A DNA stretch of 64,000 nucleotides from Macrostomum hystrix (Eukaryota; Animalia; Platyhelminthes). The position numbers and the translations under genes were made by a program. Positions within the stretch are counted from its first letter, which is position 1. Each line of letters opens with the position of its first letter. The notes beneath the pieces were generated by a model. That model made no database searches. It had not been told where the DNA came from and worked only from the letters and a program-made list of their open reading frames with translations. Of this stretch, positions 1 through 25,900 are shown in pieces. The stretch lies in contig CATNEN010000039.1 of NCBI GenBank assembly GCA_950097015.1, forward strand, positions 16,678,001 through 16,742,000. Reading direction: 5' to 3'.

Positions 1-340
1 AGCGCTGCATTCGTGTCTTTCCTTTCTAAGTGACAGGCCTGTACGGAGTACTGTATCTTGCTTAGTACTGTACTATGTGATTATAGTGATTATTCGTATT
101 ATACTTAATAATACTGTATACCGGGGATCCCAAACCGACCACAGTCACTACAAACCGGTGCCCGAACGGCCTTGGCGAGCAGCCCACCCCAGAAACACAT
201 GCACTGCAATGTTTTCCAGGACACACGCTTGCTTTGGCTCTCGTGGGCGCGAAATAACAGACATTGCAATGCCTACTGAAGTAGCAAAAATGAACCAAGT
301 GATGTAAGCTAGATTGTTCAATGCAACCAGGTAATCTCAC

Positions 341-14426
<14,086 letters not shown>

Positions 14427-14904
14427 TCTGGGCTGCCCAGAGTCATGAATTGGTTTTGCTCAGGAGTAAAAACAGCTAACCAACGCCCCGATCCAGTTTA
14501 AAAGCATTTCAATATATTTCCTAAACAGGCCCGTGCCGCTAGCAACAATTAATAATATTGCTCAGCTAAGTAGCTAACCGATGACGGTTGTTAGCCGGGG
14601 TAGAGACACGAGAAGAGATAGATCAGATCCCATAACGGGGATTAGTTGAGCAGATTGGACTCAGACCTCTGAGTCGCGAAACCCAAAAAAATGCTGACCT
14701 TGGATTAACAAAGTTACAAAATAGATTAAAAATACAGCACAATGCAACGTGATATTTAATGATGACAGGTAGCCATCTTCCGGGCTATTTAAAAACTAAA
14801 TTTTAACTTGCGCAACTAAAGCAGCAACGAAATCATATTATTGCATTTATTTTTGTGTGAAATAATTGCGAGTAAACAAATGTGAATACTGAAACAGCAG
14901 ATGA

Positions 14905-15317
14905 AGTGTACAAGTGTACAAGTATACTGAAACAAGTGTACAAGTATACTGAAACAAGTGTACAAGTATACTGAAACAAGTGTACAAGTATACTGAAACA
15001 AGTGTACAAGTATACTGAAACAAGTGTACAAGTATACTGAAACAAGTGTACAAGTATACTGAAACAAGTGTACAAGTATACTGAAACAAGTGTACAAGTA
15101 TACTGAAACAAGTGTACAAGTATACTGAAACAAGTGTACAAGTATACTGAAACAAGTGTACAAGTATACTGAAACAAGTGTACAAGTATACTGAAACAAG
15201 TGTACAAGTATACTGAAACAAGTGTACAAGTATACTGAAACAAGTGTACAAGTATACTGAAACAAGCGTACAAGTATACTGAAACAAGTGTACAAGTATA
15301 CTGAAACAAGTGTACAA
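14905..15317. repeat. 22-bp minisatellite
   Basis: Unit AAGTGTACAAGTATACTGAAAC, near perfect. Confidence 0.95.
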
Positions 15318-15446
15318 GGCAGATCAGGCAAAGCGCTCATTCAAATATTTTACTGCACAGACAATAATCTTAACATGAATTGAAGATCAGAAAACTTAAA
15401 CTTAAAGGCTATTTAGATTTCAGACAAACTTCCAGTTAGTAAAAGG

Positions 15447-16390
15447 AAACCTCCCAGTTGGTCATGGGGCAACCTTCCAGTTGGTCATGGGGCAACCTCC
15501 CAGTTGGTCATGGGGCAACCTTCCAGTTGACATAAGGCAACCTTCCAATTGGTCATAGGACAACCTTCCAGTTGACATGGCGCAACCTTCCAGTTGGTCA
15601 TGGCGCAACCTTCCAGTTGGTCATAGGACAACTTTCCAGTTGGTCATGGGGCAACCTTACAGTTGGTCATAGGACAACCGTCCAGTTGGTCATGGGGCAA
15701 CCTTTTAGTTGGTCATAGGACAACCTTTTAGTTGGTCATAGGACAACCTTTTAGTTGGTCATAGGACAACCTTTTAGTTGGTCATAGGACAACCTTTTAG
15801 TTGGTCATAGGACAACCTTTTAGTTGGTCATAGGACAACCTTTTAGTTGGTCATAGGACAACCGTCCAGTTGGTCATGGGGAAACCTTTCAGTTGGTCAT
15901 AGGACAACCTCCCAGTTGGTCATAGGACAACCTTACAGTTGGTCATGGGACAACCTTCCAGTTGGTCATAGGACAACCGTCCAGTTGGTCATGGGGAAAC
16001 CTTCCAGTCGGTCATGGGGCAACCTTCCAGTTGACATGGCGCAACCTTCCAGTTGGTCATGGGGCAAGCTTCCAGTTGGTCATAGGACAACCTTCCAGTT
16101 GGTCATAGGACAACCTTCCAGTTGGTCATGGGGCAACCTTACAGTTGGTCATGGGGCAACCTTCCAGTTGGTCATGGCGCAACCTTCCAGTTGGTCATGG
16201 GGAAACCTTCCAGTCGGTCATGGGGCAACCTTCCAGTTGACATGGCGCAACCTTCCAGTTGGTCATGGGGCAACCTTACAGTTGGTCATAGGACAACCTT
16301 TTAGTTGGTCATAGGACAACCTTTCAGTTGGTCATGGGGCAACCTTCCAGTTTGTCATGTGGCAACCTTCCATTTGGCTTGGGGCAACTT
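15447..16390. repeat. 23-bp minisatellite
   Basis: Unit CAACCTTCCAGTTGGTCATGGGG and variants. Confidence 0.95.
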
Positions 16391-16967
16391 TTTAAGTATC
16401 AAGAGCTTAATATGACAACTTTTAGAGGCCAAGGCAACCTATTGCAGTTATGTCATTATTGGGACAACTGTATCATTAGAACGGTAATTTTAAAGTTAGA
16501 ACAAATGCAAGCAGTTTCAGATTGTACAGTTGCTGAAAGCGAATGAGAAGCAGAGACAAAAAATATAATTTCAAACTTTCAAAAAAGCGATTTTGCACCA
16601 AACTTCTGAACTGATAAAAAGACAGAACAAAATTAATTATAGTTTTTTGTTGCAAAACACTGATAGTTAAACTACGCTCGTAACTATGGCATGAATTGCA
16701 CCTTTTTTCGAGCCAATTATGCCTGCTCACAGTAGTTAAAAACGCGAGCGTTTTTAAAATAAGCTTAAAATAAGCTAAAATGAATTAATTTAGTGTAGCA
16801 TAAACAGTACAACGACCACTTTAGGGTATTTCAAATACCCACATTTTTTCTGCATCTCCTAAAATATTCAACCTATCGCCATAAAAATCCTTATCACGGG
16901 CTTAAATTTTTCGCCTGTGACCCACGATGTTCACGTCGGACAGCTTTGAAAGTTAGTTCATCGTAGG

Positions 16968-19900
16968 TCAGACAGCAGCGAGCTTACAATCTGGTACCAG
17001 ATATTCACCGCCGTCTTGCTCGTTGGCAGTATTGTAGAGCAGCTCCAGACTGCCAGGACACACATCTGGCAGAGTCTCGATGGGAGGCGGCGGTGGCGGA
17101 GGCTGCTGCAGAATGGGATTTCGCAGGGCCGGCTCCGCCAAACTGTGGGTGATGTCGAATAGGGACTGGTCGTCTAGGTGGGTGTCCCAGTAGGCGCGGC
17201 TCTTAAAGAAGCCGGACTCTTGGCGATGTGACCGACGGCCGCCGCCGCCGCCGCCGCTGACCACTCGGGCATCGAGAATAGAGGAACGGAGGCCAATATT
17301 GGCGTCCTTGCTTTCAACAGTTAAAGTGAAATTCTCTTCGGTAACTAGCATGGCCAGTGGTTGACAACCGCTGCTGCCGCTGCCAACACCGCTGCTGCTC
17401 CTTTTGTTGCCGTTGCTGTTTGTTATTCGTCTTCGACCGTCGACAATGTCGCATTGGCAGTCGCGAGGCGGCAACAGGTCTGACAGGCCTGTGACGGTCT
17501 CGGAAGGCTGCTGCTGCTGCTGCTGATAGAGACAATCATTCCCGTGCTGACGCTGCCGCTTACGCCGGGCACTGCTTCGGCCCAGACGGAACACGCTGAG
17601 CAGACGAGATAGTCGACTGCTGGACTCGGAGGACTGGTGGTGGTGATGGCGAAAGAGCGTTAAAAATTAATTCGTTTATTAGCGAAGATATCTAACCAGA
17701 TTTTTAAACTTACATCGATACCTTTTTAAAAAGAACGGAGTAACGATGACAAGAAAGCACTTTTAGGTCACGAACTACAGGTTTAAGCACAGGTCAAGAA
17801 TACTCAGGTCCTGAATGTTCAGGTCCCGAATTAATTAGTTACTGAATAATCGAATCTTTTAAAGTTTCTTCGAATTTATTACACGGAATAAACTGGTCAG
17901 CAACTTGCGAATCGTGATAATTTTTTGGTTCTAGGAATCTAGGTTCTAGTTTTTACATGTTCAGCTCCAGGTTCTGAAGTCTCAGGTACCAGTGAAATCA
18001 CCCTACGGGCTAATCTCTAACCTTGTCTACTAGCACTCGTCCGTCGCCTTCGTAAGGCAGATAAAATTGCTGCGGCTGCGCATTAGGCCGTAGCAATGGC
18101 TGCTGCTGCTGCTGCTGTTGCTGCTGGGCCTTGTTGGCTGGCGTGCATCCAGAACCGGCTGCGCTAAGCCTGGCATTGTGGCGTCTCTCCAGCAGGCGCC
18201 TCAGCGGCCCTGGAGTCCGGCGTCCATTGAGGAGGAATTTTTCCCAATCTTCGCGCACCCTCTGATGAGCGCACACCTGGCTGGCGAAGATGAAGCAGCC
18301 CTGTAGGCCGTTGAGCAGAGTGAAGGCGTATTGCGCAGCTATGAACAGGTGGGTCTGGGCGAACAGGAACACAAGGCCCAGCAGCCAGGTGAGTCCTAGT
18401 AAGCAGGCTAGAGTAGCCGTCACTTTCATCTGGCGGCTTAGGAAGGCCAGCCGGGGACCAGGACCAGATCCAGTCGCTGTTGAAGCGTTCAAGCCGCTTG
18501 ATGCCGCATCAGCCGAGTCGTTAGCGTGGCCGCTGCGAGCTAGGCGACGCATGATGATAGCGAATAGGCACAGATTCACGCAGCAGACTGTCATGGCCGG
18601 CCCGATGAAGGCGAAGCTGACTCCGCGATCGCCGCTAAGCCAACACACTGTCGGCTTGACAACACTGGCAGTGTAGGCGGAGGCGTCAGCTTGTGTCTGG
18701 ATGAGCTGCTCGTGACGCAAGACAATGATCGGCAGTAGAATTAGCAGCGGAGCTAGGCCGCTGGCCAGACAGTAGTGCCAGAATTTTACCTGCATTTAGA
18801 TTCGATCCCTTTGAGTTATAAGCATTTCGAAACATATCGGCTGTGACAAGCTCACACAGTAAATGAGTACTTAGAAGAACATACAAATTCACGCTTTGCT
18901 TTTTTGTTTTTTTTTAAGTTGGCGCCTAGCTAAAATTACCACGCAGATGCGAAACAAAGTCATAAATATTTCGCCGCAACGCAGAATCGAACTCACGAAC
19001 TCCACGTTTGGAGCGGGGCAGTACCGCTTAGCCAATGAGCCACCTACTCACATCCGTCATCCCATCTAACCAGCATATTAAGGCGCACAAGTCTCCAAAA
19101 TAAGAGCTTGGCTCTCACCTTGGCAAATGCTGAATCAACCCTAGGCAGCACAATGACCAGGCTGTGAGTATACATCAGGCCCTCGCAAAGCAGCCAGCAG
19201 AACGCGCAGAGCAGAGCGTACAGGGTAACTCCGGATAGCAGCTTGCAGGAGATAACAGAAGTGCCTGATAAATAAATCGGAGTGGAGATTTGAAAATATG
19301 CAAAAACCGAAAAATCTCTATTTTATATGCGGGGTTGTGAACACATGTGGTGACAGTCAGGGGAGAGATGAGACACGGGAGAGATGAGAGAGAAAAGATA
19401 TGAGTAAGGGGAGAAATTAGATAGAGGTGAGAGATAAGACAGAGATGAGATGAGACTGGGGAGAGATGAGACAGGAATGAGATGAGGCAGGGGTGAGATT
19501 AGACAGGGGTGAGATGAGACAGGGGTGAGATGAGACAGGGGTGAGATGAGACGGGGGGAGATGAGACAGGGGTGAGATGAGACAGGGGAGAGATGAGACA
19601 GGGGAGAGATGAGACAGGGGTGAGATGAGACAGGGGTGAGATGAGACTGGGAAGAGATGAGACAGGGGTGAGATGAGGCAGGGGAGAGATGAGACAGGAT
19701 ACCGTAGGTGTCGAAAGGGGCAGCGGGCCGGATTTGGGAGCTTCGAGGGCTGTGTCTGGCCCGCGGACCAGAGTTTGCCAACCCCTGCAGCAGACCTTCG
19801 ATCCTTTGTGAAATAACCATTCAAATTTCTTTCTACAAGACGGAAGCACAAACCCACCATCGGGTGGTTGAAAAGCGACCAGGAATAGCGCCTGTCCTAG

Positions 19901-22900
19901 CATGAGTGCGAGGCACAAGCTGCGATGCACCCGGTGCAGTGTGGCGATGGACTTGTCAGCCATGATGGGTGCCTGCAGGCGCACCACAATGTAGGTGACG
20001 CTGGTGAGCAGCAGGCAGATAATAGAGGCTCCCAGACAGACGCAGGTGAGAATTGTCAACCAGGGCGAATGGAGTCGCCAAAGGCGATGAGTTTCAAAGA
20101 CCAACCAGGAGGAGCCTGGCATGACAACCACGGCGAAGCTGCTGAGGTGCTGGCAGAGGCAGGCGGTGATCTTAGAGTCGGAGAGCTCCAGAGCCACCCG
20201 ACAGCCGGCGGCGGACAGCAGTTTGGGCTTGGCGACCTCGTCGCCGACGTCGGCATCGGCTGAAGGCAGGAGGTGGACGCACTGCCGCGGATGTTCATAA
20301 CCGATAGGCTTTTTGTGTGGGATCAGCAGTAGCACCTCGGTGGTGGAGCCCTCTGAAATGGGGACCAGGGGAAACCAAAAATGGGATATTTATAATATTC
20401 ACTCTCCCCACCCTCTCACTCTACCCACTCTCCCCACCCTCTCACTCTACCAACTCTCTCCACCCTCTCACTCTGCCCACTCTCCCCACCCTCTCACTCT
20501 ACCCACTCTTCCCTCCCTCTCACTCTACCCACTCTCCCCTCCCTCTCACTCTACCCACTCTCCCTCCCCTCTCACTCTGCCCACTCTCCCCTCCCTCTCA
20601 CTCTACCCACTCTCCCCACCCTCTTACTTTACCCACTCTCCCCACACTCTTACTCTCCCCACACTCTTACTCTACCCACTCTCCCCACCCTCTTACTCTA
20701 CCCACCTCCCCTCCCTCTCACTCTACCCACTTTCCCCTCCCTCTCACTCCACCCACTTTCCCCTCCCTCTCACTCCACCCACTCTCCCCCCTCACTTCAC
20801 CCACTCGAATACTCACCAAGCCTATCGCCATTTGAGTAAAGCGTTGCCTGAACCACTTTGGAAGACACAATCTGATCATCTAATCTTAGTCGTCTAGACA
20901 GATGCGGCAAGTCGAGAACAGTTGTCACCATGGCAACCGGTTTTTCAGTCGAACCAGCAAATAGGCGCAGTTTAATAGTTGAGCCCTGATCAGCTGATTG
21001 AACCAGCTGACTGCCATCAAGACGCAGATGTTGGACGGAGAGGGCTGCGCAAAAAAAACCCAATCGATTATTAAGAGAAGAGATGCGACTGTGCTGAGGT
21101 GGGAAGAGAGGGTAATGGAAACGAAATATGGGAAGAATCTCGGGTACCCAGAATCTCTTCTCCAAAAATCGATAAATTATAGAAAAGAGGGAAAGAGGGA
21201 GAGCGATTGGAGGAGAAAAGTGGGCGAGGAAGAGTGGGTCGGGGAAGGTGTTATGAGAAGAGTGGGAGCGGCAGAATTCAATAGGGAGAGTGTGGTAAAA
21301 AGAATTGAAAATTGAAGACGAAGAGTGGGAGGGGAAGGATTGGAGGCGAAGAGTGGGAGGGAAAGGATGTGAGGGGAAGAGTGGGAGGGGAAGTGTGGGG
21401 GGAGAGTGTGGGGGGGAGAGTGGGAGGGGGAGAGTGGGGGCGGCATTGTGGGAGGGGAAGAGTGGGAGGGGAAGAGCGGGAGGGGAAGAGCGGGAGGAGA
21501 AGAGCGGGAGGGTAAGTGTGGGGGGAGAGTGTGGGGGGGAGAGTGGGAGGGGGAGAGTGGGGGCGGCATTGTGGGAGGGGAAGAGTGGGAGGGGAAGAGT
21601 GGGAGGGGAAGAGTGGGAGGGGAAGAGTGGGAGGGGAAGAGTGTGGGGGGAAGAGTGGGAGGGGAAGTGTGGGGGGAGAGTGTGGGGGGGAAAGTGGGAG
21701 GGGGAGAGTGGGGGCGGCATTGTGGGAGGGGAAGAGTGGGAGGGGAAGAGTGTGGGGGAGAGTGGGAGGGGGAGAGTGGGGGCGGCATTGTGGGAGGGGA
21801 AGAGCGGGAGGGGAAGAGCGTGAGGGGAAGAGCGGGAGGGGAAGAGCGTGAGGGGAAGAGTGGGAGGGGGAGTGTGGGAGAGGAAGAGTGGGGGCGGCAT
21901 TGTGGGAGGGGAAGAGCGGGAGGGGAAGAGCGGGAGGGGAAGAGCGTGAGGGGAAGAGTGGGAGGGGGAGTGTGGGAGAGGAAGAGTGGGGGCGGCATTG
22001 TGGGAGGGGAAGAGCGGGAGGGGAAGAGCGGGAGGGGAAGAGCGTGAGGGGAAGAGTGGGAGGGGGAGTGTGGGAGAGGAAGAGTGGGGGCGGCATTGTG
22101 GGAGGGGAAGAGCGGGAGGGGAAGAGCGGGAGGGGAAGAGCGTGAGGGGAAGAGTGGGAGGGGGAGTGTGGGAGAGGAAGAGTGGGGGCGGCATTGTGGG
22201 AGGGGAAGAGCGGGAGGGGAAGAGCGGGAGGGGAAGAGCGTGAGGGGAAGAGTGGGAGGGGGAGTGTGGGAGAGGAAGAGTGGGAGGGGAAGAGTGGGAG
22301 GGGAAGAGTGGGAGGGGAAGAGTGTGGGGGGAAGAGTGGGAGGGGAAGTGTGGGGGAAGAGTGTGGGAGGGGAAAGTGGGAGGGGGAGAGTGGGGGCGGC
22401 ATTGTGGGAGGGGAAGAGTGGGAGGGGAAGAGTGTGGGGGGAGAGTGGGAGGGGGAGAGTGGGGGCGGCATTGTGGGAGGGGAAGAGCGAGAGGGAAAGA
22501 GCGTGAGGGGAAGAGCGGGAGGGGAAGAGCGTGAGGGGAAGAGTGGGAGGGGGAGTGTGGGAGAGGAAGAGTGGGGGCGGCATTGTGGGAGGGGAAGAGC
22601 GGGAGGGGAAGAGCGGGAGGGGAAGAGCGTGAGGGGAAGAGTGGGAGGGGGAGTGTGGGAGAGGAAGAGTGGGGGCGGCATTGTGGGAGGGGAAGAGCGG
22701 GAGGGGAAGAGCGGGAGGGGAAGAGCGTGAGGGGAAGAGTGGGAGGGGGAGTGTGGGAGAGGAAGAGTGGGGGCGGCATTGTGGGAGGGGAAGAGCGGGA
22801 GGGGAAGAGCGGGAGGGGAAGAGCGTGAGGGGAAGAGTGGGAGGGGGAGTGTGGGAGAGGAAGAGTGGGGGCGGCATTGAGGGAGGGGAAGAGCGGGAGG

Positions 22901-25900
22901 GGAAGAGCGGGAGGGGAAGAGCGTGAGGGGAAGAGTGGGAGGGGGAGTGTGGGAGAGGAAGAGTGGGAGGGGAAGAGTGGGAGGGGAAGAGTGGGAGGGG
23001 AAGAGTGTGGGGGGAAGAGTGGGAGGGGAAGTGTGGGGGAAGAGTGTGGGAGGGGAAAGTGGGAGGGGGAGAGTGGGGGCGGCATTGTGGGAGGGGAAGA
23101 GTGGGAGGGGAAGAGTGTGGGGGGAGAGTGGGAGGGGGAGAGTGGGGGCGGCATTGTGGGAGGGGAAGAGCGGGAGGGAAAGAGCGTGAGGGGAAGAGCG
23201 GGAGGGGAAGAGCGTGAGGGGAAGAGTGGGAGGGGGAGTGTGGGAGAGGAAGAGTGGGGGCGGCATTGAGGGAGGGGAAGAGCGGGAGTGGAAGAGCGGG
23301 AGGGGAAGAGCGTGAGGGGAAGAGTGGGAGGGGGAGTGTGGGAGAGGAAGAGTGGGAGGGGTAGTGTAGGACGGGAAGAGTGGGAGGGAATGGGCAGGTG
23401 TGTACAAAAAGTCCAGCCTCACAAATGCCAGGCGCCGTAGCATTGAATCCGGGCTCGGCGAACTGCAGGCCGTACCCCATGTTATCAACAGCTTCCATCA
23501 CGACACTCGCCGCTCGGGCGAGTCTCCCAGAATCGGGCGAGTCAAAATTTGCCAGAAAGTCTTTGCCAGCGAACTCCGAAACCGAGCCAAGCAGGTCGCT
23601 GACTGTACGACTTAGCTGTTTAACTGGCTGGCCGGCTGCTGAAGCATTTGCCACGGTAGGCAACAGGTGGGTGAGGAGTTTAGCGAATTCCGAGACCTGG
23701 TTGACATCGTTGAACGACTGAGCCTTGGCGAAGCCGAACAGCATGCGGGCCTGCATCTCAGGCTGTGACACGTTCTTGATCTGGAGAGGCCATTGAGGAG
23801 GACACAACGATAAATCAAGATCGGTCATTTACACGGGTACAATTTAAAGTCATTTAAATAGATACAATTCAGTGTAATTTTTATCGATACAATTTAAGGT
23901 CATTCCCATAGGTACATATCAAGGTCATATTGGCACAGTTCAAACTAAATGGGTAGAACAGAAGGTCATTTATATAGCAAATCAAAGTCGATTCGCATCG
24001 TTATTAGTCAAGGTCATGTCACCAGGGTAAAATTACTAAAATTAGCGCCATAAACCTAGGCAAAAAACAAGGATGACTCTTATGATCTTATATTGACCCT
24101 AACCGCTATCTTGGCAAGTACACTAGTTGCAAGTAGTAAAGCATTTTCATAATATACTACTACGAGTACTCATACTTAGGCAGTTTTTACAATTTACAAA
24201 CTATTTGCAGATGTTTACGCATTCAAGTGTTTCTGTCTGGCTATTAGTGCAAATTTGAACTGTCACTTGTCTGATTATATGCAAATATGGCTATGTGTGT
24301 AGGAACACACATCTAAGAAAACTTATAGGATAAACTAGGAACCGCCTGCTACCAAATAAGGCTATCTATCATGGCCTGGCCATTATCTATTTTGGTTATC
24401 CGAAGAGGGAAAACTGGTTAGGTAAGAGTGCACACAACTTCCATAAAAGATTTGTCTGTTGGAATGAACTGAATAGTTTATTAAATGTATCGCTCCGTTT
24501 TCCTTAGGGGCGCGAAATTCGCATTGGAGTTACGGGAAGAATACAAGGAGAAGAAAGGAGAGTAGGCAAGAAGAAGGGGAGAGGGGAGAAGAAAGGGGAG
24601 AAAGGAAATAAAAAATGGAGAAGGGGAGAAGAAAGGGGAAGGGAAGAAGACAGGAAGAAGAAAGGGGAGAAGGCAGGCGGGAGTAAGGAGGGAAGGGAGA
24701 GAAGGAAAGGGAGAAGGAAGGGCGAAGAAAAGATGGGAGGGGGAAGAAAGGTGGGAAGGCAGAGGAGAAGAGTGCAAAGAAGGGGGAGAGAAGCGAAGAA
24801 CGGATATGAGGAGGTAGGGAGGGCAAGCAGTAGAGCGAATAGAAAAAGAAGACAAGAAATCAAATGCTACAGATTCCTTTTTCAAACTAGCTGAGACCTC
24901 TAATAGGCGTAAAGTAGACAAAAAATAAAATGCTTTAAACTGGCGTATAGATTAGGACACCCACGCCACGTTGGTAAAATCGCTGTATCGCTCCTAAGGC
25001 TGACAGCCAGTGAGGTCAATAAAGATAAGAACAATGGAGTGCGGCCACCACTTGATTGCGTGTTTGTTCATTATATTCAGTCTGGGTTTGTTTTTCTAAC
25101 GGAGCCGTAATACAATTTAGAAACATTATAGGCCAGGGAAAGGAACAGCCTTACGAATTAGCAGGTCAGATAGAGCGCTAGTGATGATATCGGCTAGGAT
25201 TGACATGAGAAATATGAGAGATGAGACACGGGAGAGATGAGACACGGGAGAGATGAGACAAGATAGAGATGAGACACTGGAGAGATGAGACAGACAAGGT
25301 AGAGACAAGACAAGGTAGAGATGAGACATGGGAGAGATGAGACACTGGAGAGATGAGACACGGGAGAGATGAGACAGGGGAGAGATGAGACAAGGTAGAG
25401 ATGAGACATGGGAGAGACAAGACAAGGTAGAGATGAGACACGGGAGAGATGAGACACGGGATAGATGAGACACGGGAGAGATGAGACACGGGAGAGATGA
25501 GACACGGGAGAGATGAGACGCGGGAGAGATGAGACACGGGAGAGATGAGACACGGGAGAGATGAGACACGGGAGCGATGAGACACGGGAGAGATGAGACA
25601 CAGGAGAGATGAGACGCGGGAGAGACAAGACAAGGTAGAGATGAGACATGGGAGAGACAAGACAAGGTAGAGATGAGACACGGGAGAGACAAGACAAGGT
25701 AGAGATGAGACACGGGAGAGACAAGACAAGGTAGAGATGAGACATAGGAGAGACAAGACAAGGTAGAGATGAGACACGGGAGAGACAAGACAAGGTAGAG
25801 ATGAGACATGGGAGAGATAAAACAAGGTAGAGATGAGACACGGGAGAGACAAGACAAGGTAGAGATGAGACATGGGAGAGATAAGACAGCGGAGAGCTTG

